Positions 12,617 through 24,586 are shown, counted from the whole stretch's first letter. The stretch is 63,397 nucleotides of DNA, filler included, from Pirum gemmata (GCA_002812295.1; 25 parts of 25 records of this genome joined end to end with filler, not necessarily neighbours in it), one strand, 5' to 3'. Made by a program: numbers and translations. Notes: a model not told the origin generated them from the sequence alone.

Positions 12617-13660
12617 ATGGTGTTTTTTAATAAATTTAGAATTGGTATATTCAAAAAACGCCTGTACAAAATAAAACAATTATTTTTTCTATATATTCGA
12701 GTTCTTGATATTATGCTATTCGGAATAATATTAATTTTTTTTAATAAATTTGGAATTGGTATATTCAAAAAACGATTGTACAAAATACAATTATTTTTTC
12801 CTATATATAGTTAACTTCTTTATATTGCACAAAAGATTGTACAAAATACAACAATTGTTTTTTCTATATATTCAAGTTCTTATATTTTTTAACAAATTTA
12901 GAATTGGTATATTCAAAAACGATAGTACAAGTACACTAATTATTTTTTCCTATATATTCGAGTTCTTGGTGTTATATTATTTGGAATAATCATATTTTTT
13001 AATAAATTTAGAATTGCTATATTCAAAAAACGATTGTACGAAATACAATAATTATTTTTTCCTATATATTCCGAGTTCTTGATATTGCACTAAAAAAAGA
13101 TGGTACAAAATACAATAATTGTTTTTTCTATATATTCAAGTTCTTGAATTTTTTAACAAATTTAGAATTGGTATATTCAAAAACGATAGTACAAGTACAA
13201 TAATTATTTTTTCCTACATATACGAGTTCTTGATGTTATACTATTTTGGAATAATAATATTTTTTAATAAATTTAGAATTGCTATATTCAAAAAACGATT
13301 GTACAAAATACAATAATTATTTTTTCCTATATATTCGAGTTCTTGATGTTGCACTAAAAAAAGATGGTACAAAATACAATAATTGTTTTTCTATATATTC
13401 AAGTTCTTGAATTTTTTAACAAATTTAGAATTCGTATATTCAAAACGATAGTACAAGTACAATAATTATTTTTTCCTACATATACGAGTTCTTGATGTTA
13501 TACTATTCGGAATAATAATATNATAATTATTTTTCCCTATATATTCGAGTTCTTGATGTTGCACTAAAAAAAGATGGTACAAAATACAATAATTGTTTTT
13601 TCTATATATTCGAGTTCTTGAAATTATACTAATATTTTTTGATAAATTTAGAACTTGAAA
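12617..13660. repeat. Minisatellite/satellite with ~265-bp higher-order unit made of related subunits
   Basis: Core GTACAA..TACAATAATT.TTTTT.CTATATATTC.AGTTCTTGA recurs >10 times. AATAAATTTAGAATTGCTATATTC recurs at ~13001 and ~13266. Confidence 0.9.
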
Positions 13661-14470
13661 AAAAAAAAATACATAATTATTAATGATAAGCCGAATGGGT
13701 TATTTAATTGTTCTCGGCAAAAAAAAAAGTGAGAGGGGTAAATCTTTTATTAAATAAAAAAATTTCGCATAATGGATCTCTTACTCGGTTACTTCATTGA
13801 AGTTAATTAGTAATTTTGAAGTCAAGAAATTACTTTTTAATTAAGATGACGCACTATTGAGGAGAGCAGCTAGTAAAAAGGAAAAAAGTGACTGTCTTTT
13901 CTTGTCTAATTACAATAAAAAAACATTGTGTTCTTAATTACTTAATTACTATACGCAGCTCTACTTGGTGATGTAATATCCTTAATTGGATATTATTTCG
14001 TAGATTATTTTTAAAATATTATTCAAGAGGTCTGACACCCTAACCCTCGGTCCTTATTTAACCTCTGACCCTGACCCCCTGACCCCCTACCCTCATTTAA
14101 CTCTTGACGCCTTGACTCTTAACCCTAAAGTAAAAGGCTAATACGTATGCATGACTTCACCATAAATAAAATTTTGTCAGATGATACTAATGGTAAAGGC
14201 TAGGGGCAGCGAGATATTTAATAGATATTTATTTGATGACGTCATACGCATTACCCTCGTACTTTGAACCTCTTAAATAAAGTAGTCAAACAAAAGNNNN
14301 NNNNNNNNNNNNNNNNNNNNNNNNNNNNNNNNNNNNNNNNTTAATTAATTAANNNNNNNNNNNNNNNNNNNNNNNNNNNNNNNNNNNNNNNNNNNNATAA
14401 TATTATTATTATTATTATTATTGCGAAAATAACCGAATATTTCCAAAAGGACTCTTTGCTAGTCCTTGCA

Positions 14471-14627
14471 TTTGTCATCATAAAATATACAATAAAAACT
14501 ACCAAAATAAATCTATTTATTTAATTCGGTATATTTTATAATATAATTATTAATTTAAAAATACCAATTTTAATATTATAACCAACCAAATAAATATTCA
14601 GAGTAACAAAATAAATGAAAAGTACAA
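14471..14627 (-). mobile_element. MITE family B copy
   Basis: Ends ...AAAATAAATGAAAAGTACAA-TA; homologous to 30141-30325. Confidence 0.75.
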
Positions 14628-14984
14628 TAAATATCTTTTTTTTAAAAGTTAATTATTTACAATTATTTACAAATAATCTTCAAAATTATCAAAAAAATCT
14701 TCAAGAAGCGATGGGTGAAAATACGAAAGCTCACAATCTCCCTCCACCTTCATCACCAAACACCCTGGTAATAATACACCCACCCACCAATATGCAATTG
14801 TAATTAATAATATAATAATATCTTAGTATTAATAATAATTTCAATTATAGAATACTTGTTATTAATACATTGTATATTAATATCAATATTATTAATTTTA
14901 TTAAATCAATAAATATTACTGTTTATCATAATGCAGTATAATAAAACAGTTATAAAATAACATATTAATACATATGCTCATTAT

Positions 14985-15082
14985 CCTAACCCTAACCCTA
15001 ACCCTAACCCTAACCCTAACCCTAACCCTAACCCTAATCCTAATCCTAACCCTAACCCTAACCCTAACCCTAACCCTAACCC
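14985..15082 (-). repeat. Interstitial (CCCTAA)n
   Basis: ~16 units, internal to the contig. Confidence 0.95.
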
Positions 15083-15324
15083 GGTCCATTATGATTACTT
15101 ATAAGAGAGAAAAATTGGCCCTATTACTTTTAGACGAGTACTTCTGAACGAACAACAGTGAACGGAAACAGTGATTCTTTCTGCTTCAAACATTGCATTC
15201 TTTTGGTCATCAGATTTTGATTGTTTTTGGTTTAGTTATTTCTTACCTTGTTTTTGATTTGTATTTTATTGATTTATATTACAACCTGATCTAATATATT
15301 TATATAGGCAATTTCTAGCTAATA

Positions 15325-16146
15325 GGGGAGCGTTCTGCTCAAGTGCAGCTTCAAATACTCCTACCTATCTACCCCTTGACGTCAATTTCCGATCAAATAC
15401 CACCTACCTACCTACCTCTTGACGTGAACTCTTAATAGGTAGAGTTCAAATAATGCGTCACGTCAAGAGGAGGTAGGTAGGTAGGTGGTATTTGACCAGA
15501 AATTAACGTCGACGGGTAGGTAGGTAGGGGTATTTGAAGCTGAATTGGACTAGAAATTGGCGTTACGTAGTATGATATTTGAGCAATAAAAACAAAACCA
15601 AAAAAGAAAAGAAATATATCAACTTTCCAAAATTGGGATTTGAAGTTCCTTTTTATTTTGGTTTACAATAGCACGTGAGAACAGTTTACAAGCTCGAAGT
15701 TCGAGCCTAATTAAAATGAACTCGTTCGAAAAAAAAACTCGTTTCAAAAAAAAAAACAGCTCGTTCGAAGGAAGTTCGAGCTTAATTAAAATGAATTCGT
15801 TCGAAAAAAAAACTCGTTTCAAAAAAAAACAGCTCGTTCGAAGGGATCCCGGTTCCCACAAAAAGGGAGTGTTCAAATAATAAGACACGTCAAGGGGTAG
15901 GTGGCTTAACTGTGGCTTAGCACGTGAGAACAGTACAGTTTACAAGCTCGAAGTTCGAGCCTTCGACAGTTCGACTCCTTCGAGTCTTTTTTTTAAAAAA
16001 AGGACGACAAATACTGCGTAACGCCAATTTCCGGTCAAATACAGCTTCAAATACCCCTACCTACCTACCCCTCGACGTTAGTTTTCGGTCAAATACCACC
16101 TACCTGCCTACCCCTTGACGTGACCTATTATTATTTGAACTCCCCT
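15325..16146. mobile_element. Cluster of family D (Harbinger/Tourist-like) copies plus TTCGAA-rich repeats
   Basis: Family D body (CAAATACCCCTACCTACC..TGACGTGA) at ~15325-15432, 15445-15575, 15865-15905 and 16010-16146. Interleaved duplicated GCACGTGAGAACAG..GCTCGAAGTTCGAGCC at 15671 and 15920. Confidence 0.8.
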
Positions 16147-16221
16147 CTAGAGCTAGCTAGTACAGAGTATAATATATTAATGGTGCAAACAATTATTTAA
16201 AAAAAAACATCTTACTTTTTT

Positions 16222-16444
16222 AGTAGGGGTGAGATGTCTATTGGAACTTTTTTCGAACAGATGCTTATCGAGCCAACCTTAGTTCCGTGTTCTTTACTAA
16301 TAATAGCAGGTAAATAGCTTAAAATAGTAAATCTAATTNAAATCTAATTTAGTCGATACCAATTAAAGTAACAATATTAACATTAATAGTAATAAAAACC
16401 ATAAAATCGGAAAAGTTCCGAAATGACGTCATCTCACCCCTACT
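16222..16444 (+). mobile_element. MITE family F, 14-bp TIR AGTAGGGGTGAGAT, 8-bp TSD ACTTTTTT
   Basis: Perfect TIRs; ACTTTTTT directly flanks both ends. Confidence 0.9.
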
Positions 16445-17032
16445 ACTTTTTTACTATTAAAATTAAAAAAAACCCAACTTTTTTATATATATTCGAAAAT
16501 TTCAAACCTATTTTATTNNNNNNNNNNNNNNNNNNNNNNNNNNNNNNNNNNNNNNNNNNNNTTAATTAATTAANNNNNNNNNNNNNNNNNNNNNNNNNNN
16601 NNNNNNNNNNNNNNNNNTAATTATTAAATAGTGACAATTTTGAAATGATATTCTTTTTTTTTCTATGAAAAGTAAGTCAATATTTAAAATTAGATCGAAA
16701 ATTTTCGAAAATTTTGAACTAGTCTCGATTCGGTGGTTTTTCCCGCATCTACTTGTTGTCGATTCTTTTTTAATTTTGAAAAATTATTTGTACACCTTGA
16801 AACTACCTGAAAAACAAAAAAAAGCAAAAATTTCATAAAAAAACTTCAAAAGAAAAAAAAAAGTAAATTCCATGACCACTTCATTAGGCTCGGTTACTTC
16901 TGCTCGAAAAAAATTCGAGTTAAAAAAAAAAAGCTGATCTTATTTTTTTATTTTTTTTTTTAATTAAAAACCAGCGTTAGTATACCATTCGTATCATCGA
17001 CAAAAAATTTACTTATGGTGACAAAATTGATG

Positions 17033-17360
17033 CAAGTTAAGTAATTTGGTAAGTTATTATAATTATTCCTCTTATTTTTTATACCGTAATTTGTCACTTT
17101 TTTTCCTTTTCTGTTAAGATTGATGGTGACGTCATAGTATTAAATTGATACAAGTTAAGTAATTTGGTAAGTTATTATGATTTCCTCTTATTTTTTATAC
17201 CGTAATTTTTCACTTTTTTTCCTTTTCTGTTAAGATGAATGGTGACGTCATAGTATTAAAATGGATACAAGTAAAGTAATTTAGTAAGGTATTATAATTA
17301 TTCCTCTTCTTTTTTCTACCGTAATTTGTCACTTTTTTTCCTTTTCTGTTAAGATTGATT
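17033..17360. repeat. Tandem repeat, ~118-bp unit x ~2.8
   Basis: CAAGTTAAGTAATTTGGTAAG...CCTTTTCTGTTAAGAT repeated three times. Confidence 0.9.
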
Positions 17361-17495
17361 GAGTTTTTTCTATACCTTGCCTCACTTCGTATGAGTTGGC
17401 AATGTAGGTAACATCCCGTCCGAATAATAATGTTGCAGACCAGTTTACAGCAACATATAAACGTGATCGTATTGAACCTAATTTCGTCTTTTTTG

Positions 17496-17536
<41 letters not shown>

Positions 17537-17944
17537 TTTCATGTAACCATTTTACAACTTCTAAATGTCCATTTCTTGCTGCTACATTCATAGCATTAGT
17601 AGTACACCCTTTAGTTCATATAAATCTAATTTTAAGTATTGACTTACTTTTGATTTCATTAAAAAAAATTGTTAGAAATTGTTAGAAATTTCATGGAAAA
17701 AAATTGAAACTCGAAAAAAAGAATTATCATTTCGAAATTGTCACTATTTAATAATTAGGATCGAGGTATTTGATTCGATTATATTTTCCCGTATCTCCTT
17801 GGAACTTTTAACATTCCTGCTAATTAATCCCCCAGCTATGTTTTACCAAATAAGGCAATTTCATTAATAAATAACACTACCATTTCTAAAAACCGTAATT
17901 TGAGGTACGATAATTTTTGTACTATTTTTACCCGTTATCTGCAG

Positions 17945-18160
17945 GGAGATGCGGGGAAAACTATCGAAACTTTTGAAATTTTTCGATCTAATTTTTAAGT
18001 ATTGACTTACTTTTGATTTCATTAAAAAAAATTGTTAGAAATTGTTAAAAATTTCATAGAAAAAAATTAAAACTTGAAAAAAAGAATATCATTTCGAAAT
18101 TGTCGCTATTTAATAATTAGGATTGAGCTGGTTGATTCAACTATGTTTTCCTGTATCTCC
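17945..18160 (+). mobile_element. MITE family E, TIR GGAGATGCGGGAAAA, TSD CAG
   Basis: CAG|GGAGATGCGGGGAAAA...TTTTCCTGTATCTCC|CAG. Further copies at ~16618-16750, 17620-17798, 18814-18901, 24130-24207, 25433-25662, 25740-25858, 56338-56556 and 57643-58430. Confidence 0.85.
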
Positions 18161-18365
18161 CAGGCAAAAAAAAAAAAATAATAAAAATCGAATAGCTTTA
18201 TTAATGTATTTGGCAAGACAAAAAATCAAGGGGTTTCTTTGTACCTAATATGTAGCCAGCAGAGGAATTGGCAAAATAAAATGAAAAAATAATAAAAGGC
18301 TCATGACTGAAACTAAAAAGTCATAAAAGTCATTCGATGCCCGGGTATTAGTGTTTTTTATGCCG

Positions 18366-18590
18366 AAAAAAAAAAACCATGCCTTACCGCAAAAAAACCC
18401 ATGACTTTAACCACAAAAAAACCATGCCTTTTACCGGAAAAAAACCATGCCTTACCGCAAAAAAACCCATGCCTTTAACCGCAAAAAAACCCATGCCTTT
18501 TACCGGAAAAAAACCATGCCTTACCGCAAAAAAGCCATGCCTTACCGCAAAAAAATCATGCCTTAAAACAAAAAACCATGCCTTAAAACA
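18366..18590. repeat. Minisatellite, ~21-24 bp unit (AAAAAAACCATGCCTTACCGC) x ~10
   Basis: Direct inspection. It accounts for ORFs 18379+ and 18384-. Confidence 0.9.
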
Positions 18591-19715
18591 ATAATAATAA
18601 TAATAAAAATAAACCGAAATCACCTTTTTTATTAATATGAAAAGCTTAACCAAAAAAAAACGAACACTAAAAAAACCGAGTGAAACCAAGAGGTCCAAAG
18701 TAAGCGGGTAAATAATAAAAAATATTTTTATTTTTGTGATATTATTACTATTATTATTGAAGTTATTATTATTATTATTTATGGTTATGGTTATTATACG
18801 TTGTCGAGATCTGGGAGATATGCGAAAACATAATCGAATCAAACAGCTCGATTCTAATTATTAAATAGTGACAATTTTGAAATGATATTCTTTTTTTTTC
18901 TNNNNNNNNNNNNNNNNNNNNNNNNNNNNNNNNNNNNNNNNNNNNTTAATTAATTAANNNNNNNNNNNNNNNNNNNNNNNNNNNNNNNNNNNNNNNNNNN
19001 NCAACAACAACAACAACAACAAGAACAAGAACAACAAGAACAGCAACAACAACAACAACAACAACATAGAATAATTTTTTTTAAAAAAAAAAACAAATAA
19101 CGTTATATAACTGCAACAAAACCAATGACATTTTCAAGAAAACCGACTACCCAATATTAATATTTTACCAACCCCAACCCCAATATACAACATACACAAA
19201 TAATATTAAAAATATCAACAAAATACAAAACAACAGCAACAGCAACAGCAACACAATAAGCAAGAAAACGATACCTTCATTTACACCCTTATAAATAAAC
19301 AACAATATATAGAGAATGATAATAAGTATATGATGATCATTACTATAATTATATATTATGATAACTGCAACAAAACCAATTACCTATTTTATTAAAAAAT
19401 AGTATTCTTTCTTCTAAGGTATGAAAAATAAATAAATATTTTTTTTTAAAAAAATTATAACTATATTATGACTATCACTTAAATGATACTATAATAAAAG
19501 AGTTATAAAAGTATGAAGAATAAATTTAAAATCAAAAACAAACAAATAAATAAAAAAGAAAACTATATTATATAGAAAGTAACCATGTAATATATAAAGC
19601 TAAAAAAATAAAAAAATAAAAAAACAAAAAAAAAACAAAAAAAAAAACAAGACTAATACTTATACTTTTTTTCCAAGTTTCTTTTGATTACACATTATAA
19701 TTCAAATTACAATAC

Positions 19716-19903
19716 CCCTAACCTTAACGTTGCCCTTAACCCTAACCCTAACCCAACAATTACATAATATATATAAATATTATACCTAAATTTATAAATA
19801 TCATATACACGTATACTATACGTATATACCGAAACAATAATACACTCTAAAACACTCTAAAACCTTAATCCTAACCCTAACCCTAACACTCCCTAACCCT
19901 AAC
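19716..19903 (-). repeat. Short interstitial CCCTAA tracts upstream of ORF 19982
   Basis: Tracts at ~19716-19755 and ~19862-19903. Confidence 0.8.
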
Positions 19904-19981
19904 AATATAAAATAATATTATATAATTACACATATAATATATATATATTCTTGATATAATAATATATTAAAAATACAAAAT

Positions 19982-20461
19982 ATGGGTTGTCAAATTTCTT
20001 CCAATAGAGGAAATCTAAAAGTAGTTAGAATTATTAACGGTCATGGTGGTCAAAGCACATTCAACGAGGCGAATCCATTTCTTAATGGCGGTGAAGTAGT
20101 TTTATATACTTGTCCGAATGGTAATTTATTTGAAGGCACCAATGTAATAACTAGTGGTGCATACATTTATACTTGCCCTAACGATTTAGATGATGATATC
20201 ACGGTAAATTTGAATTTAAATTGTGTCTCTCCTCCTATAACTGAAACATCCTGTCAGGTTTCTAAACAAGTGTCGAGTAATGGGAATTTCATACAGTACA
20301 AGTTTAGCTCTGGAGATACCACGTGTAGTGTTTTAGAATTAGCTCAAAATGGAAGAAGAAGAAGAAGAAGAACTAGTGATAGAAATAGTATTGAAGAAAA
20401 TAAAGCCGTTGGTAATAGTGCTGAAAAAGAAAATGATAAAGTTACTTATGAATTCAAGTAG
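19982..20461 (+). CDS. Hypothetical 159-aa Cys-containing protein
   Basis: Non-repetitive ORF with GC above background, an internal YTCPN repeat, an MGC start and a poly-Arg run. No recognisable family. Confidence 0.55.
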   Translation: MGCQISSNRGNLKVVRIINGHGGQSTFNEANPFLNGGEVVLYTCPNGNLFEGTNVITSGAYIYTCPNDLDDDITVNLNLNCVSPPITETSCQVSKQVSSNGNFIQYKFSSGDTTCSVLELAQNGRRRRRRTSDRNSIEENKAVGNSAEKENDKVTYEFK

Positions 20462-20927
20462 TAGGAAACCAGGAAACAGCACAAAAACAAGAAGTGAGTT
20501 GGGTATTTACAATATATTATATATTATAAAAAAGAAAATAGTAATTTGAAAATCTAATGTAAAGCGAAATAAAATATATTTGCAAACAGTAACGGCTACG
20601 TATACTTTTATAATTCTTATAATATTATAATTATAATTATTATTATATTAATAATATAATTATTATTATTATTATTATTATTTAGTTATTAAATTACAAT
20701 TATGTTTAGTTCAGGATGTTTTGAATGGTTATGCTCGTATAACGACGTGGCTGATTTCTTCACCCCTGCTGCCTTAGGGTTGGAGTATAAAGATGGTGTC
20801 TGTTTTTTTAAAAAATACTCCATCTCCTATATCAATTGTTATTATTTTCTAAAAAGTTATTTTATAAATACTAAAGTACTTTATATTTCATGATCAAAAA
20901 AATTTTGTTTTTAAAAACATAAGCTTG

Positions 20928-21215
20928 CCTACTTCTACAATCTCCACACCAATACAAACAAACAACTTAATAAATTGGAAAAAGTTAAACACAACTTTAA
21001 CTACTTCGACAATCTTCACCCCAATACTAATATCAAACCACATAAATTTAAACAGATAATGATTTATAATCATCTATATTTCTAATCCCCACACCAATAC
21101 CAACAAACCATCTAATAAACTGGAACACATTTAAACACAACCTTTACTATTTCTACATTCCTCACACCAATACTTATATCAAAAAACCCAATAAACTTTA
21201 AACAAATAATCATTT
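20928..21215. repeat. ~73-bp tandem repeat x4 with alternating A/B units
   Basis: CTACTTCTACAATCTCCACACCAATAC-like heads at ~20928, 21001, 21074 and 21147. Confidence 0.75.
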
Positions 21216-21567
21216 ATGAACGGGTTTATTAAACATTAATTTGGTTAATGATTAGAAAAGTAATTTTAATAATAATAATAATANNNNNNNNNNNNNNNNN
21301 NNNNNNNNNNNNNNNNNNNNNNNNNNNTTAATTAATTAANNNNNNNNNNNNNNNNNNNNNNNNNNNNNNNNNNNNNNNNNNNNAAAAAAAAAAAAAAAAA
21401 AAAAAAAAAATTCCTTGTTTCTTTGGAAAGTTTTTTGGAAAGTTTTTTTGCAAATTTTTCAGATTTTTTTTATTATAATATTATGATAATGCATAATAAA
21501 ATTATAATAAATAATTAATTTTTATAAATTATTATTGTGCTTTTCAGTTTTTTTGTCATATCATGTT

Positions 21568-21629
21568 AAACCTGGGGATAACCACTACGCCAGCTTGATC
21601 AAGCTGGCGTAGTGGTTATCCCCAGGTTT
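21568..21629. mobile_element. Perfect 62-bp palindrome (family G mini-element)
   Basis: AAACCTGGGGATAACCACTACGCCAGCTTGA|TCAAGCTGGCGTAGTGGTTATCCCCAGGTTT is its own reverse complement. Related copies at 6023 and 6290, fragments at ~5770 and 11878. Confidence 0.85.
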
Positions 21630-21973
21630 TTTTTTAAAACACAATGTCATAATAAAATATACAATAGACTTTTCACCATATTTAGTAATATAAAAACCAT
21701 AAAAATAAGACTTTGAAATCCTATTTAAGACACCAGGATTTCTTAATTGCGTAGATAATGAATATTATCATATCATATTATATTATATATAAGCCAAGCC
21801 TATGATATATATCAATATATGATATAGAAGTATTATACTAAAGTAGAGTATCTGTATTAATACAGTCTATGATTATTCTCAAATTTTCCACTAAAGCATG
21901 GATTTATATGCTCGGTTCTGTTCTGAATCTGTTGTGGTAAGAAAAATGTTGTGCAAAAATGACTAGACAGCTA

Positions 21974-22153
21974 TTGTGTTTTTTTTTATATTTATTTTGT
22001 CAGTCTAAATATTTATTTGGTTGGTTATGACTTTTTTAAATGAATAAATAGATAATAAAATATACCAAATTAAATGAAATGGATTTATATTGTATTAATT
22101 TAGCACTCTTTTTTGTATATTTTATGATGACAAAATAAATGAAAAGCACACGA
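21974..22153 (+). mobile_element. MITE family B copy
   Basis: TA-TTGTG...TTTATTTTGTCA ... TGACAAAATAAATGAAAAGCACACGA-TA. Confidence 0.8.
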
Positions 22154-22569
22154 TAATATGATATGAATATACTTACATAAAAGAACCCCGAGTTTTTTAG
22201 CTAACATGTTATTATCGATATTTTAATATATATCATATCATCCTCATATCATCATAGCTTGATTTATTTATTTCGTTTCTTTTCCCCAACCCCAAGTTCC
22301 CCAACTCCAAACCACCCTATTCAAAAGTTAATCAACCCTAACAATCCCTAATCTTAAATAAAACAGTGTAATAATGTAAAAACAACGCTAACGCCAACGC
22401 TAACGTTAACGCCAACGCTAACGTTAACGCCAACCCTAACGTTAACTCTAACTAGCTAGCTAGTCCTAACCATGAGAACTATCGGAATATCATACATGGT
22501 TAGCAGCCCTAACCCTATAATCCTAGAGCCCTACTGGCTAGAGTCTACCCTGGACTCTGGAGTACTACT

Positions 22570-22718
22570 AAGCGTTCAAAACTTCAAATACTACGTAACG
22601 CCAATTTCTGGTCAGATACAGCTTCAAATACCCCTACTCACCTACCCCTCGACGTTAATTTCTGGTCAAATACCACCTACCTACCTACCCCTTGACGTGA
22701 TGTATTATTTGAATGCTC
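22570..22718 (-). mobile_element. Family D copy
   Basis: Reverse-complement match to 23367-23510. Confidence 0.8.
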
Positions 22719-22744
22719 CGAAAAAAATGGTGAATGTTTGCCAT

Positions 22745-22857
22745 ATTTGTGATTTTTTGGAATTCAAATGGTGAATTCTATATTTAGAAGTATTTATCCC
22801 AAAAATTCGACATTTTTTTTAAGGAATTCGCCATTTGAATTCCAAAAAATCACAAAT
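22745..22857. repeat. Inverted repeat, 34-bp arms with 1 mismatch
   Basis: ATTTGTGATTTTTTGGAATTCAAATGGTGAATTC ... GAATTCGCCATTTGAATTCCAAAAAATCACAAAT. Confidence 0.85.
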
Positions 22858-22858
22858 N

Positions 22859-22892
<34 letters not shown>

Positions 22893-23366
22893 CTAGTCTA
22901 GTTACCGATTTAGGAAGATATTTCGTTTTTTTTTACGTATTTCTTTTTTTGGTTCGTATGGATACCAAATTCGGTATATAATACTACAAATTTAGAAAAG
23001 ATAAAAAAGGTCTGAGTAGTCTACCAAGTAGTAGTACCGTACTAGTACGTACCAAGTCGGATGAAGCCGGAAATCAGGGATAAAAATGGCGACATCCGCC
23101 ATATGAGGTCAAAAATCCAAGAAACCACAAAATACTCTCAATTTTTTTTTTAAAAAAAGAATTTAAAAGTACTACCAAATATTAGTCAAATATTGATAAA
23201 TTGCAGATAAATTGTATAACTAAGAAAACTCTATTATGAACCAATGACCAGTTTTTAAAATTAATTTGGCTATCGTCTATTTCATTTAGGCAGTATTTAC
23301 TATTTAGGCTCAAAGTAAAAAAGTTGGGGAGTGCAAATTATTATTATATTTTAAAAATTTGCGTTA

Positions 23367-23510
23367 GGGAGCGTTCAAATAATACGTCACGTCAATGGTA
23401 GGTAGGTAGGTGGTATTTGACAGGAAATTAACGTCGAGGAGTAGGTAGGTAGGGGTATTTGAAGCTGTATTTGACCGGAAACTGGCGTTACGTAGTATTT
23501 GAACACTCCC
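23367..23510 (+). mobile_element. Complete 144-bp PIF/Harbinger (Tourist-like) MITE, family D, TTA TSD
   Basis: TTA|GGGAGCGTTCAAATAATACGTCACG ... CGTTACGTAGTATTTGAACACTCCC|TTA. GGG termini with a TWA TSD are the Harbinger signature. A related end GAACGCTCCC|TAA lies at ~28577; fragments at 29522 and 30551. Confidence 0.85.
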
Positions 23511-23830
23511 TTAGTCTATGAACGGCTCACTAACAAAAAAAAATAATAATTTTGATTTCCTTTCAACCCAATATCATCTTCAATATAATATTGTCGTTTC
23601 TATTTTATTCTATTTAATTTTAATTTTAATTTTATTTTATTTTATTTTATTTTATTTTATNNNNNNNNNNNNNNNNNNNNNNNNNNNNNNNNNNNNNNNN
23701 NNNNTTAATTAATTAANNNNNNNNNNNNNNNNNNNNNNNNNNNNNNNNNNNNNNNNNNNNAATAATAATAATAATAATAATATTAATATTAATAATAAAA
23801 TATAAATATAATGTATACGTAGTATAATAC

Positions 23831-24042
23831 AAGTGTTTTTCAGGTTTTTTTTTTTTGGCCATTATTTAAGAAATATACAATAAAAAATACCAAATCAATA
23901 CAATATAAATCCATTGCAGTTGTAAAAATTAATTCGGTATACTTTATAATTATTAGCTATTGATTCATTTAAAAATGTCAATTTAAAGGGTTAAAACCCA
24001 CCAAATAAATATTCAAGGTTGCAAAAATAAATAAAAGCACAA
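23831..24042 (-). mobile_element. MITE family B copy
   Basis: Ends AAAATAAATAAAAGCACAA-TA; internal homology to 30141-30325. Confidence 0.75.
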
Positions 24043-24315
24043 TATTATATAAACTATAATAATAATAATAATACAACAAAACATAGGGGTGCTAACACGG
24101 ATGAAGTCATAGTAATATAATTATTTTATAGAATATCATTTCAAAATTGTCATTATTTAATAATTAGGATCGAGCTGTTTGATTCGGTTATGTTTTCCCG
24201 TATCTCCCAGTTCGAATAGGGTTTTTTTTTTTCGATTTTTTTTTATTTTAATGCGACTTTTTTTCACTTTTTATTTACTTTTTTTTTAACATTTTTAAGT
24301 ATCATCTATAGACTA

Positions 24316-24586
24316 CCAGTAAAACAACTTGGAAGATGGAAAAATCTGAAGATGGCATGAAATCTAGAAGGGTATTTTTGTCAACTAAGACATCTAGATT
24401 GGTATTTTTAGACTTTAAAACCATCGTTTGAATCGATATTTTTTTTGATTCTTTATTNAAAAAAAAAGTGTATCCAGATGTCAATTAAAGAGTTTGAAAT
24501 ACCAATCTAGATGTCTTAGTTGACAAAAATACCCTTCTAGATTCAATTCCATGTTCAGATTTGTCCATCTTCAGATTTTTTACTGG
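24316..24586. mobile_element. Fold-back MITE (family H) with ~105-bp arms and TA TSD, Tc1/mariner-like
   Basis: TA|CCAGTAAAA...TTTTACTGG|TA; 46-bp perfect inverted core ATCTAGAAGGGTATTTTTGTCAACTAAGACATCTAGATTGGTATTT. Confidence 0.85.

Noticed and set aside
20702..20893. 63-aa ORF as a gene
   Set aside because: Short, with no recognisable motif or convincing splice partner.
20928..21215. ~24-aa LRR/FNIP coding repeat
   Set aside because: The period is ~73 nt, not a multiple of three, and the plus-strand frames checked contain stops.
22472..22774. 100-aa ORF (also 15619, 15924, 30571, 57533)
   Set aside because: These overlap non-coding MITE copies whose other copies do not preserve the frame.
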